Source of the DNA: a virus
Length of the DNA: 64,000 bases
Virus record (IMG/VR): IMGVR_UViG_3300049043_000188
Coordinates: 32,001 to 96,000 of that record
Strand: one strand, 5' to 3'
Position numbers and translations under genes: made by a program. Within the stretch, counting starts at the first letter, position 1. Each line of letters begins with the position of its first letter. Positions 37,561-48,423 of the stretch are shown piece after piece. A model generated the notes under the pieces. The model did no database searches. It saw only the letters and a list, made by a program, of their open reading frames with translations, and was not told the origin of the DNA.

Positions 37561-38991
37561 ATGTTCCATTCAGAACAATTGCAGGAAAAGTGGGCACCTC
37601 TCCTCAACTATGAGGGTCTTGATCCAATCAAAGATTCTCATCGTAAAGCGGTAACCGCCGTCCTGCTAGAAAACCAAGAAAAATTTTTAAGAGAACAGGC
37701 TCAATTTGAATACGGCTCGATGCACAACCTTATGGAAGCTCCAACCAACAGCGGTAACGCTGCTGGTGCTTCAGGTGCATTTGGAGGCACTTCTGCTGCT
37801 GGTGGTCCTACCGCAGGTTTCGATCCTGTACTAATCAGCCTCATTCGTCGTTCAATGCCTAACCTGATCGCATATGATCTGGCTGGTGTTCAACCAATGA
37901 GCGGTCCTACCGGACTCATCTTTGCGATGCGTTCACGTTATCAGAACCAATCTGGAACTGAAACGTTCTACAATGAAGTAGATTCGGCATTCTCTGGTGA
38001 AGATGCTGGATTTGATGTTACTGGCGGATTCGCTGATTCTGCTGCTGGTATCGGTACAACAGCACAGTCTGGAACCAACCCTTCAGTTCTTAACCCTGTT
38101 GGTACTGCAACCTCAACCGCTTATAATGTTGGTTCAGGTATGGCAACAGGTGATGCTGAAAACCTTGATGGCACCACAACTAGTGCATTCAACCAGATGG
38201 CATTCTCAATTGAGAAAGTCACTGTTACTGCAAAGTCACGCGCTCTGAAGGCTGAGTACTCACTTGAACTCGCTCAAGACCTTAAGGCAATCCACGGTCT
38301 GAATGCTGAAGCGGAATTAGCAAACATTCTCTCAACTGAGATTCTTGCTGAAATCAACCGCGAAGTTATCAGAACCATCTATAAGGTTGCTGAGCAAGGT
38401 GCTGTTCAGAACGTTGCAACTCCAGGTATCTTCGACCTCGATGTTGACTCCAACGGTCGTTGGTCAGTTGAGAAGTTCAAGGGTCTTCTGTTCCAAATTG
38501 AAAGAGATGCAAACGCAATTGCACAAAGAACTCGTCGTGGGAAGGGCAACATCGTCCTTTGCTCTGCTGACGTTGCTTCGGCATTGACAATGGCTGGTGT
38601 TCTTGATTACACCCCAGCATTGAATGCTAATCTGTCCGTTGATGATACTGGCAACACTTTTGCTGGTACTCTGATGGGCAAATTCCGTGTCTATATTGAC
38701 CCATATGCAGCTAACTTGACTGCAGGTAATGCAACTCCTGGTAACCAGTATTATGTTGTTGGTTATAAGGGTGCTTCTCCTTATGATGCAGGTCTCTTCT
38801 ACTGCCCATATGTTCCTCTCCAAATGGTTCGTGCCGTTGGTGAGAACTCCTTCCAGCCTAAGATTGGCTTTAAGACCCGTTATGGTCTTGTTGCTAACCC
38901 ATTTGCAGAAGGAACCACTCAGGGTCTTGGAAGACTTCTTGTTAACGCTAACCGCTACTATCGTAGAGTTGCTGTTAAAAATCTGATGTAG
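37561..38991 (+). CDS. gp23: Major capsid protein
   Basis: FDPVLISLIRRSMPNLIAYDLAGVQPMSGPTGLIFAMRS, KSRALKAEYSLELAQDLKAIHGL, FQPKIGFKTRYG. Predicted maturation site LME/APTN. Confidence 0.98.
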   Translation: MFHSEQLQEKWAPLLNYEGLDPIKDSHRKAVTAVLLENQEKFLREQAQFEYGSMHNLMEAPTNSGNAAGASGAFGGTSAAGGPTAGFDPVLISLIRRSMPNLIAYDLAGVQPMSGPTGLIFAMRSRYQNQSGTETFYNEVDSAFSGEDAGFDVTGGFADSAAGIGTTAQSGTNPSVLNPVGTATSTAYNVGSGMATGDAENLDGTTTSAFNQMAFSIEKVTVTAKSRALKAEYSLELAQDLKAIHGLNAEAELANILSTEILAEINREVIRTIYKVAEQGAVQNVATPGIFDLDVDSNGRWSVEKFKGLLFQIERDANAIAQRTRRGKGNIVLCSADVASALTMAGVLDYTPALNANLSVDDTGNTFAGTLMGKFRVYIDPYAANLTAGNATPGNQYYVVGYKGASPYDAGLFYCPYVPLQMVRAVGENSFQPKIGFKTRYGLVANPFAEGTTQGLGRLLVNANRYYRRVAVKNLM

Positions 38992-39012
38992 AAATTTGCT
39001 ACATCAGATTTT

Positions 39013-39039
39013 AGAGGGTCCTTTTGGACCCTCTTTTTT
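39013..39039 (+). terminator. Intrinsic terminator after gp23
   Basis: Perfect 9-bp stem AGAGGGTCC-TTTT-GGACCCTCT followed by TTTTT. Confidence 0.9.
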
Positions 39040-39040
39040 A

Positions 39041-39048
39041 TCTAAATA
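39041..39048 (+). promoter_or_regulatory. Variant late promoter TCTAAATA
   Basis: One mismatch to TATAAATA, directly after the terminator and upstream of gp3. The same variant occurs at 47992. Confidence 0.55.
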
Positions 39049-39059
39049 TTTAAAAAAAG

Positions 39060-39614
39060 ATGGCAAAAGCATCACAGATAGAAAATAGAAATTTTCTATC
39101 TCCTACAGGATTCAAATTTATATTGACAAGATTTCCCAAAGTATCATTTTTTTGCAATGAAGCAAATATCCCTGACATTACTTTAGGAATTGCAAATCAA
39201 CCATCATATCTAAAAGATATTGATATTCCCGGAGATAAAATTGTTTTTGGTGATTTAAATATAAGATTTTTGGTTGACGAAGATTTAGAAAATTACAATA
39301 CAATTCAAAATTGGATTCGTGGTTTAGGATATCCTGAAAAATTAAGTCAATTTGCAGATCTTAATAATGCGGAAGCATATGGGGGAGCAAAATATGTTCA
39401 AAAAGGACTTAACATTTATTCAGATGCAACATTACAAATATTAAAAAGCAGCAAAATTGCAAATTTTCAAATTAAATTTAGTGATATTTTTCCATATAGT
39501 TTAAGTACTCTTGCATTTGATGCAACTCAAACAGACGTTCAATACTTTACAGCAGACGTAGGTTTCAAGTATACTATCTACAATATACTCGATTTAAGTG
39601 GAAATCCACTATGA
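39060..39614 (+). CDS. gp3: Tail tube terminator/completion protein
   Basis: NRNFLSPTGFKF, PGDKIVFGDLNIRFLVDEDLENY, YSDATL. Confidence 0.88.
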   Translation: MAKASQIENRNFLSPTGFKFILTRFPKVSFFCNEANIPDITLGIANQPSYLKDIDIPGDKIVFGDLNIRFLVDEDLENYNTIQNWIRGLGYPEKLSQFADLNNAEAYGGAKYVQKGLNIYSDATLQILKSSKIANFQIKFSDIFPYSLSTLAFDATQTDVQYFTADVGFKYTIYNILDLSGNPL

Positions 39615-40046
39615 CTCTTGACCTTGACAAAATTCAAGAAATGTGGGAAAAGATTCAAAAATAGATCCAGATAATTTACATACAGAATCTTTAAATATCC
39701 CAGTTCTTCATTCAAAATATTTTGAACTTTATAATACTATTTTTCTTTTAAGAAAAAAAGCAGAACAGCAAAAAGAAATATTCGACACGAACGCTATGAA
39801 TATTATTCTGGAAAATCAGATCCAGAAGTTTATGTAGAAAATCCCTTTCCTAAAAAGATCCGTGATAAAGATACGATGCAAAAATATCTTGATGCAGATG
39901 AAAAACTTTCTTCAATATGTTTAAAAATAGATTATTATGATACGATGCTTACTTACATTGAAAGTATTCTCAAAATGATACAAAACAGAACATATCAAAT
40001 TAAAAATTCAATTGAGTTTATGAGATTTAATGCTGGACTAGGGTAA
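39611..40046 (+). CDS. uvsY: Recombination mediator UvsY (frameshifted by read errors)
   Basis: MTLDLDKIQEMW.KDSKIDPDNLHTESLNIPVLHSKY and C-terminal QNRTYQIKNSIEFMRFNAGLG. Confidence 0.88.
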
Positions 40047-40053
40047 ATAAATA
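40046..40053 (+). promoter_or_regulatory. Late promoter AATAAATA
   Basis: NATAAATA upstream of uvsW. Confidence 0.55.
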
Positions 40054-40074
40054 TCTGTAAATGAATGAAAATGT

Positions 40075-41559
40075 GTGAGTGATAAAACAGCAAATCTCAT
40101 AATATCAAAATCAAACGAAGTATTTCTTAAAATTAAAACAGAACCTCATATCGAATATGAGTTAAGAGATCATTTTAAGTTTGATGTTCCAAATGCAAAG
40201 TTTATGCCACAATATCGTGGCAGAAATTGGAATGGAGAAATTCATTTATATGATATGAGATCTAAACAAATTTATGTTGGATTGTTGGATAAAATTATTG
40301 CTTTTTGTAAGCAATATAACTATACTTACGAATTTGAAGAAAATAAATTTTACGGACAACCTTTTGAGATTAATGAAGGAATATCTCTAGAGGGTGTTAA
40401 AGATTATATGCAATCTATTTGCGTTCATATTCCTCGGTCGTATCAAGTAGAGGGAGTATACGATGCATTAAGACATAATCGAAAGTTATTGATAAGTCCC
40501 ACTGCATCAGGCAAATCTCTGATGATTTATTCGTTAGTGAGATACTATGTTGATAGGAACGAAAAAATACTTTTAGTTGTTCCCACGACAAGTCTGGTAG
40601 AACAAATGTATAAAGACTTTCAGGATTATGGTTGGGATGCTGAGACATATTGCCACCGAATTTATTCGGGAAGAGAAAGAACAAATGAATATCCAGTTAC
40701 AATTACGACTTGGCAATCAGTATATAAACTAGAACGTTCATTCTTTGAAGACTATGGTGTGATTATAGGTGATGAAGCACATTTATTCAAGAGCAAGTCG
40801 TTAATACAAATTATGACTAAACTTCATCATGCAAAATATCGTTTTGGATTTACTGGAACTTTAGATGGAACACAAACTCATAAATGGGTTCTGGAAGGAT
40901 TATTTGGCCCATCATACAAAGTCACAAAAACGGATGAACTTATGCGTCAAGGGCATCTTTCCCAACTCGATATTAGATGTTTAGTTCTTAAACATTCTCC
41001 ACAAAGATTTGAAACTTATGAAGATGAAATACAATATTTAATTTCTCACGAACAAAGAAATAAATTTATACAAAATCTTGCATTAGATTTAAAAGGAAAT
41101 ACTTTAATTCTTTTTTCGAGAGTAGAAGCACACGGAGCAATACTCTATGAAAAGATAAATAATAATGCAAGTGATAACCGTAAAGTATTTTTTGTTCATG
41201 GTGGTGTCGATGCAGAAGAAAGAGAATTAGTCAGAGAAATTACTGAAAGAGAAAACAACGCAATTATTGTTGCTTCTTATGGAACTTTTTCTACTGGTAT
41301 CAACATTAAAAATCTCCATAATGTTATCTTTGCCTCTCCAAGTAAATCAAGAATCCGTAATCTTCAAAGTATTGGACGAGTTCTTAGAAAAGGAAAAGAT
41401 AAAGTAAAAGCAACACTTTATGATATTGCTGATGATTGTACGTATAACTCAAGAAAAAATTATACTTTAAATCATTTCATTGAAAGAATTAAAATTTATA
41501 ATGAAGAGAACTTCAATTATGAGATAATCACTATACAACTTAAGAAAAATGGGAATTGA
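40075..41559 (+). CDS. uvsW: SF2 DNA helicase UvsW
   Basis: SPTASGKS, GDEAH, GFTGT, QSIGRVLR. Confidence 0.95.
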   Translation: MSDKTANLIISKSNEVFLKIKTEPHIEYELRDHFKFDVPNAKFMPQYRGRNWNGEIHLYDMRSKQIYVGLLDKIIAFCKQYNYTYEFEENKFYGQPFEINEGISLEGVKDYMQSICVHIPRSYQVEGVYDALRHNRKLLISPTASGKSLMIYSLVRYYVDRNEKILLVVPTTSLVEQMYKDFQDYGWDAETYCHRIYSGRERTNEYPVTITTWQSVYKLERSFFEDYGVIIGDEAHLFKSKSLIQIMTKLHHAKYRFGFTGTLDGTQTHKWVLEGLFGPSYKVTKTDELMRQGHLSQLDIRCLVLKHSPQRFETYEDEIQYLISHEQRNKFIQNLALDLKGNTLILFSRVEAHGAILYEKINNNASDNRKVFFVHGGVDAEERELVREITERENNAIIVASYGTFSTGINIKNLHNVIFASPSKSRIRNLQSIGRVLRKGKDKVKATLYDIADDCTYNSRKNYTLNHFIERIKIYNEENFNYEIITIQLKKNGN

Positions 41560-41941
41560 AGAAGATTTTTATGCAACAGTTAAATTAAAAACGGGAGAGG
41601 AAATCTTTGCCAAAGTGGCAGCTTCTGAAGAAGAAGATCGTACAATGTTAATTGTTTCAAATCCTGTAATTGTATCTGAAATTAAAAATAGTAAATATGG
41701 TGTTGTTGGATATAAATTAGAACCCTGGTTAAAAACAACAACAGAAGATTTATTTTTAATTAAATTAGAAGACGTACTTACAATGACAGAATCTTCTGAT
41801 ATTGATATGATTATGATTTATCAAACTTATCTTCGTCAATCAAATAAAGAAGGAAATCATTCAAAATTAAATCGCAGAATGGGATACCTTTCAAATGTAA
41901 CGGATGCTAAAGAAATCTTAGAGAAAATCTTTAAGTTATAG
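41549..41941 (+). CDS. Conserved cyanophage protein between uvsW and gp55 (Sm-like fold suspected)
   Basis: FYATVKLKTGEEIFAKV...PW, plus synteny. Confidence 0.7.
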   Translation: MGIEEDFYATVKLKTGEEIFAKVAASEEEDRTMLIVSNPVIVSEIKNSKYGVVGYKLEPWLKTTTEDLFLIKLEDVLTMTESSDIDMIMIYQTYLRQSNKEGNHSKLNRRMGYLSNVTDAKEILEKIFKL

Positions 41942-41995
41942 CTAATACATTCCTTTCAACCTCCACAAAGGTTATTGTACATACTTTTAGACACC

Positions 41996-42024
41996 TTGTC
42001 AAGCATTTCTGAAAGTGTTATAAT
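41996..42024 (+). promoter_or_regulatory. Sigma70-type promoter for gp55 operon
   Basis: TTGTCA-N17-TATAAT with extended -10 TG. Confidence 0.75.
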
Positions 42025-42049
42025 CTCTACATAATAATGATAAAAACTA

Positions 42050-42546
42050 ATGATAACCACAGCAGTTATGACCAAAAGAAAGAGGTCAGAGCATTACGTT
42101 AATAACAAAGAGTTTCTTGCAGCACTTGATTAAGTATCGTGAAGACATAGAAATTGCACAACTCCAAGATAAACCAAAACCACCAATTCCCCGTTATATT
42201 GGTGAGTGCTTCTTGAAGATTGCAAATCATCTTTCCTTTAAACCAAACTTTGTGAACTATATGTTTAAGGAAGATATGATTTCTGATGGTATTGAGAACT
42301 GCGTCCAGTATATTCACAATTTTAATCCAGAGAAGTCACAAAACCCCTTTGCTTACTTTACACAAATTATTCACTATGCTTTTCTTCGTCGTATTCAGAG
42401 AGAAAAACGTCAGTTAGAAATCAAAAACAAAATTCTTGAACGTTCAGGGTTTTCTGAAGTATTTGACGACAACAGTATTGACGGATCTAACTATAGCGAT
42501 TATAACTACTATAAAAGATAATATCCATCAAAAACTTAGATACTGA
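42050..42546 (+). CDS. gp55: Late-transcription sigma factor (frameshifted by read errors)
   Basis: HYVNNKEFL, YIGECFLKIANHLSFKPNFVNYMFKEDMISDGIENC, NPFAYFTQIIHYAFLRRI. Confidence 0.94.
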
Positions 42547-43587
42547 ATGAAAGTTGCTATTATTACTGACCAGCACTTTGGAGCAAGAAAGAATTCAAAA
42601 CTCTTTCATGATTATTTTCTAAAGTTTTATAATGATGTATTTTTTCCTACTTTGTTGAAGGAAGGAATTACCACAGTTGTGGACATGGGTGATACTTTTG
42701 ATAGCCGTAAAGGTATTGATTTCTCTGCTCTTTCCTGGGCAAAAAATCATTATTATGATACCTTAGAAACTATGGGCGTTAAAGTTCACACAATTGTTGG
42801 GAACCACACTGCGTATTATAAAAACACTAATGAAGTAAATGCTGTAGATTTATTGCTTCGTGAGTATGATAATGTAACTGTATATTCTAACCCAACAGAA
42901 GTAATGTTGGGACAATTGCCCGTATTGTTCATTCCATGGATTAATCAAGAGAACGAAGAAAAAACACTTAAGTTAATTCAAAAAACTAAAACAAACGTTG
43001 TAATGGGACACCTTGAACTTCAAGGATTTCGAGTGAATAAACAACTTGTGATGGAACATGGATTGGAAAGTAAAGTTTTTGATAAATTTAAACTTGTTTT
43101 TTCAGGACACTATCATACTCGTTCTGATAATGGAACAGTTTTTTATCTTGGAAATCCATATGAAATGTTCTGGAATGATGTGAATGATGAAAGAGGATTT
43201 CATCTTTTTGATACTGAAACCTTAGAAAAAACTGTAATCAATAATCCTTATCGTTTGTTTTATAATATTTACTATGAGGATACTGATTATCAAACTTTTG
43301 ATACAAGAGAATATGAAAATAAAATTGTAAGAGTAATTGTCCGCAAAAAAACAAATGTTAAAAAGTTTGAAAAGTTTATTGATAAGTTGTATGCTTCCGC
43401 AATTGCAGAATTAAAAATTGTTGAAAACTTTGCAATTCCTGAACTTGAAAATTTTGAAGCATTTGAATCGGAAGATACTCTGTCTATTTTGAATAGATAT
43501 GTTGAGGAGGCAGAAATTAATCTTGATAAATCAGTCGTTCAAAAAATGATTCAGGAAATATATCAAGAAGCTTGTGAGTTAGTCTGA
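42547..43587 (+). CDS. gp47: Recombination endonuclease subunit (Mre11/SbcD-like)
   Basis: Metallophosphoesterase motifs DQHFG, GDTFD, GNH, GHL, SGHYH. Confidence 0.95.
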   Translation: MKVAIITDQHFGARKNSKLFHDYFLKFYNDVFFPTLLKEGITTVVDMGDTFDSRKGIDFSALSWAKNHYYDTLETMGVKVHTIVGNHTAYYKNTNEVNAVDLLLREYDNVTVYSNPTEVMLGQLPVLFIPWINQENEEKTLKLIQKTKTNVVMGHLELQGFRVNKQLVMEHGLESKVFDKFKLVFSGHYHTRSDNGTVFYLGNPYEMFWNDVNDERGFHLFDTETLEKTVINNPYRLFYNIYYEDTDYQTFDTREYENKIVRVIVRKKTNVKKFEKFIDKLYASAIAELKIVENFAIPELENFEAFESEDTLSILNRYVEEAEINLDKSVVQKMIQEIYQEACELV

Positions 43588-43859
43588 TGTTTATTCTAAC
43601 GATTCATGGTAAAGAAAAAGAAGGTGCATATTCAGTAAGAGATGATGAAGGAGAGCAAATCATTTATCTTTTTGAAGAAGAAGATGATGCAACAAGGTAT
43701 GCTATGATGTTAGAGGAAAATGGATATCCTGAAATGCATGTCATTGAGATTGAAGATGATTTGATGATAAAAACTTGTGAAATGCATGATTACAAATATA
43801 CTGTAATCACCGCAAATGATATTGTAATTCCTCCAGATACTGATTATGATTATTTTTAA
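43587..43859 (+). CDS. Conserved hypothetical protein between gp47 and gp46
   Basis: 90-aa ORF with LFEEEDDATRYAMML and DIVIPP. Overlaps both neighbours. Confidence 0.75.
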   Translation: MFILTIHGKEKEGAYSVRDDEGEQIIYLFEEEDDATRYAMMLEENGYPEMHVIEIEDDLMIKTCEMHDYKYTVITANDIVIPPDTDYDYF

Positions 43860-45560
43860 AACTATACGATGGAAGAATTTTCTTTCAACCGGCAATCAAT
43901 ACACGGAAGTTGATTTTACTCAAAATTCTACTAATTTGATTATTGGTACAAATGGTGCTGGAAAGAGTACAGTATTGGATGCTCTTACGTTTTCTTTGTT
44001 TGGAAAGCCATTTCGTAAAATTAATAAACCTCAACTGGTTAATTCAGTAAATGAAAAAGACTGTAAAGTTGAGGTTGAGTTTTCTATTGGTTCTACTGAA
44101 TGGAAAGTTATAAGAGGAATTAAACCTGCTATTTTTGAAATTTGGAGAAATGGATGCTGCGCTGGATCAGTCTGCTGCAGCGTTGGATCAGCAAAAGTGG
44201 TTGGAACAAAATGTTCTTAAAATGAACTATAAGTCTTTTACTCAAATTGTTATTTTGGGTAGTAGTACTTTTGTTCCTTTTATGCAACTTTCTGCTGCTC
44301 ATCGTCGTGAAGTCATTGAGGATTTACTTGACATTAAAATCTTTTCTTCTATGAATGGTTTGATTAAAGAAAAGATTCGTTTGGTAAAAGATGATATTAA
44401 AGTTTTGGAACTGAAAAAGGAGTCTTTCCTTGATAAAGTTAAAATGCAGAAGAATTTTATTGAAGAACTTGAAAGTCGTGGTAATGCAAATATTAATTCC
44501 AATAAAGAAAAAATTGTTGGTCTGGATAATGAAATTGGTAATTATAATCGAGAGAACATCTTCTATGGAAGAACCTCTTCGTAAATATATTCAAGAGCAA
44601 GATAAACTTACTGGATACGCAGAGAAACTTCGCAAATTGATAAATTTAAAAGGCAAAATATCTCAAAAAGTTTCTACGATAACTGAAGAGCATAAATTCT
44701 TTACGGAAAATACGGTGTGCCCCACTTGCACACAAGAAATTGATGATGAGTTTAGAATAAATAAAATTGAAGACGCTCAAAATAAAGCAAAGGAGTTGCA
44801 ATCTGGTTATCAAGAACTGGAGGAGGCAATTAAAGAAGAGGAAGAGAGAGAGCGTCAATTCACTATATTATCAAAAGAAATTAAAAACCTCACAGATGAG
44901 ATTTCTCAAAACCACATTAAAATTTCTGGGTGTAGAAGACAGATTAAAGATCTTGAATTTGAAATTCAAAAAACTGCCGAACAACTTAAAAACAGAAATA
45001 CTGAACATGAAAAATTAGAATCTTTTAAAGACAATTTAAAAACCACATATGATGATCTTGGTTCTAAAAAAGATTTGATTAATTATTATGATTTTACTTA
45101 TGGATTGCTTAAAGATAGTGGAGTTAAATCCAAAATTATCAAGAAGTATCTTCCTCTAATTAATCAACAAGTTAACCGTTATCTTCAAATGATGGATTTC
45201 TACATCAACTTTACTCTTGATGAGGAATTTAACGAAACCGTCCAGTCACCCATTCACGAAGACTTTTCCTATGCTTCCTTTAGTGAAGGAGAAAAAATGA
45301 GAATTGATTTATCACTTCTTTTTACTTGGAGAGAAGTTGCAAGAATGAAAAATTCTGTAAATACAAATCTTTTGATTATGGATGAGGTGTTTGATTCTTC
45401 ACTTGATGGATTTGGAACTGAAGAGTTCCTCAAAATTATTCGTTATGTGATTAAAGATGCAAATATCTTTGTCATTTCTCATAAGACTGGACTAGAGGAC
45501 AAATTTGAAAGTGTCATAAAGTTTGAGAAAGTTAAAGGATTCAGTAGGATGGTTGTATAA
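43846..45560 (+). CDS. gp46: Recombination ATPase subunit (Rad50/SbcC-like, frameshifted by read errors)
   Basis: GTNGAGKS, zinc hook CPTC, FSEGEK signature, LIMDEVFDSSLD, ISH. Confidence 0.95.
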
Positions 45561-45636
45561 GTGACACAAGAAAAAGACTGGATGGATAAATTGGTTGATA
45601 GAATAAGTGATTGGATGGATTCTCTCACAGAAAAAG

Positions 45637-45843
45637 ATGAACAAACCAAACTGGCAACACAATTCGGGGAAACCTCAAAAAAGAAAACTGAAACCTCAAG
45701 CACTGAGGCAAGCTAAAGCACGACTTGCCCAATTTAAAAAGCGTCACATGGGTCGTCCAAAAGGCGACCTTTCGTCGTATTATGGGTTTATACAAAAGAA
45801 AACCGATGTCTGTCCGTCACGAAATCAAATCTCAACTTGCTAA
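45637..45843 (+). CDS. Small basic hypothetical protein
   Basis: MNKPNWQHNSGKPQKRKLKPQALRQAK... Overlaps the early promoter and the next gene start, so the 3' part is uncertain. Confidence 0.4.
   Translation: MNKPNWQHNSGKPQKRKLKPQALRQAKARLAQFKKRHMGRPKGDLSSYYGFIQKKTDVCPSRNQISTC
45729..45783 (+). promoter_or_regulatory. Composite early promoter (upstream box, hairpin, -10)
   Basis: CCAATT-TAA-AAAGCGTCAC, hairpin GGTCGTC/GGCGACC, then TATTAT. Same layout as 48408-48462. Confidence 0.55.
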
Positions 45844-47996
45844 ACTGCTTGCCACTGAAGACTTGGTGGTAGAGCATAAGAAAGTCTCTACTGCTTGCTT
45901 CAATGTTCATACTCGTGTTCTGACTCTGCCAATGTGGGAAAAGGCAAGCAACATCGTGTATGATTTGCTTGTTGGTCATGAAGTCGGTCACGCACTTTTT
46001 ACTCCCGATGAAGACTGGTTGAAAGAATATAAGATTCCTCCTCAGTTTGTGAATGTGGTTGAGGATGCTCGCATTGAGAAACTGATGAAGCGTCGTTATG
46101 CTGGACTTGCAAAGACATTCTTTACTGGTTATAAAGAACTGAACGAAGAAGATTTCTTCCAAATCAAAGACGACAATCTGGAAACTTATAATCTTGCCGA
46201 CCGTGCAAACCTGTGGTTTAAAATTGGCAATTATGTAAATGTGCCGATTAGTCGTGGTGAAGAAACGGAAATTCTCAATCAAATTGCAGATGCAGAAACC
46301 TTTGCTGATGCTTTGATTGCTGCAGAAGAACTGTATAAGTATTGCAAGAAAGAAAAAGAGCAGCAGCAGAAAGTTGCTGACTTTGATTCTCACGAAACTC
46401 AAGGTGATTCTCAGTCTTCTACTAGTGAAATTGTGGAGAGTAATGACTCCTCTTCAGAGGAAGAAGGTGAGAGCAATAACTCCCAGGAAAAACTTGGAGA
46501 AACTGATTCCTATGGTGGGACTGCTGAGGGAGATTCAATTCCATCTAATTCTCAGGAAGAACCTGAAGTTCGCACAGCTGATTCTCTGGAAGACAAAATT
46601 CGTGATCTGATCAATCAAGATGGATATGAAAATGTTTATGTTGAGATTCCTCAATTGAATCTTGATACTGTGATTGGTAAAAATTCAGAAGTTCATAAAG
46701 AGATTGATAATTGCTTTCGGCATCAACAAAAAATGTATGAGGAAAATTTGAAAAATAATTACAAACATTTGCCGATTGATAGTTTGTTTGAGAATGCTGA
46801 TACTGAATTCAAAAAGTTTAAACTATCTGCCCAGAAGGAAGTGAACTATCTGGTGAAAGAGTTTGAGTGTCGTAAAGCAGCAGATTCTTATTCTCGTGCT
46901 ACAGTTGCTCGCACAGGAGTTCTTGATACTTCCCGTCTTCATTCCTACAAATACACGGAAGATTTGTTTAAAAAAGTTTCAGTGATTCCTGATGGAAAAA
47001 ATCACGGACTCATCTTTGTGTTGGATTGGAGTGGTTCAATGTCTCGTGTTATGCAAGATACTTGTAAGCAACTCTTTAATTTGATTTGGTTCTGTAAAAA
47101 AGTTGCAATTCCATTTGAGGTTTATGCCTTCACAAATGAATGGCGCCGTGGCGAATATGACTATGAAACTGGAAACTATAGTGCAGCAGATCGTACTTCT
47201 CATTATGAAAAGAAAGAGGGTTTGATCTTGGTTGACGAAACTTTTGCTTTGATGAATCTTCTTACCAGTAAAGTATCTGGTAAAGAACTTGAGCATCAAA
47301 TGCTTAATATCTGGCGTCTTGCTGGATGTTTTGGTGATTCTTATCACACTTCATACACCTATCCTACCCGACTCTGTTTGTCTGGTACTCCTCTGAATGA
47401 GGCACTAATTTCTCTTCATCAGATTCTGCCCAAGTTTCAAAAAGAAAATAAACTTCAAAAAGTTCAATGTATTGTTTTAACTGATGGTGAAGCAAATTTT
47501 CTTCCCTATCATGCCGAAATTAAACGTGGATATGATTCTCACACTTACATTGGATCTCGTAACATTAGTCCTAGTAAAACTTTTTTGCGTGATCGTAAAC
47601 TTGGAACTACCTATAAGATTGATTATCAATATCATCAGTTTACTGATACTCTTCTTGACAAATTTGAAAGATAAATTTCCTTCAGTAAACTTTATTGGTA
47701 TTCGTGTTCTTGAAAGTCGCAATGCAAATCGTTTCATCAATCTTTATCATCTTACAAGTGATAAACAATATGAAAAAATCCAAAATGACTGGAAAAAACT
47801 GAAAAGTTTTACTATTACTAAGTCTGGATATGATGCTTACTTTGGACTTTCTGCAACATCATTGTCTCAAGATAGTGAGTTTGAAGTTGCTGATGATGCT
47901 ACCAAGTCTCAAATCAAGTCTGCTTTTGCTAAATCACTCAAAACTAAAAAACTGAATAAAAAAGTCCTTGGTGAGTTCATTTCTCTTGTTGTCTAA
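45806..47996 (+). CDS. CobT-like protein with N-terminal HExxH peptidase-like region and vWA domain (indel near 47660)
   Basis: GHEVGHAL, NVVEDARIEK, MIDAS elements DWSGSM, SGTPL and LTDGE. Confidence 0.85.
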
Positions 47997-47999
47997 ATA
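47992..47999 (+). promoter_or_regulatory. Variant late promoter TCTAAATA
   Basis: Overlaps the stop of the CobT-like gene, 20 nt upstream of the MKTFQEF ORF. Confidence 0.55.
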
Positions 48000-48019
48000 C
48001 CTAAAAAGTACCTGCTGGA

Positions 48020-48241
48020 ATGAAAACGTTTCAAGAATTTATGGTAGAATCTGGAGATTGGTGGCATCCAGATCCAGAAAAAGATAAACTTATGCCTGGA
48101 AGAGGTCCAAAACTTCGTGCTAAAGAAGATCGTGGACAATCAACTTCAGCACAAACAAAACCTGATTACAGCAATCGTTTAAAACCAGGAGAAACTTATA
48201 TGGATTTTGCAAGACGTAAAGCAAAGAGGTGGTTGAAATGA
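48020..48241 (+). CDS. Candidate internal head protein with capsid-targeting sequence
   Basis: N-terminus MKTFQEFMVE closely matches the T4 IP capsid-targeting sequence MKTYQEFIAE. The body is basic. Confidence 0.7.
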   Translation: MKTFQEFMVESGDWWHPDPEKDKLMPGRGPKLRAKEDRGQSTSAQTKPDYSNRLKPGETYMDFARRKAKRWLK

Positions 48242-48423
48242 AAACTAAATTTCCATTTGAGCACGTTGTTAAAATTGATACTAAAGAAGTTTGGGTAAAA
48301 TGTGATAGTGCTATTACTGCGATGGGAATTGGTGCTATAGTAGAAAAATACTATCCTGGTTACAAAGGACACATTGGTAGTAAAGAATATCTGGAGACAC
48401 TCAGAAACCAGTTGGTAAACTGA
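48238..48423 (+). CDS. Small hypothetical protein
   Basis: MKTKFPFEHVV...VWVKCDSAITAMGI...KYYPGY. Overlaps the previous stop (ATGA). Confidence 0.6.
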   Translation: MKTKFPFEHVVKIDTKEVWVKCDSAITAMGIGAIVEKYYPGYKGHIGSKEYLETLRNQLVN

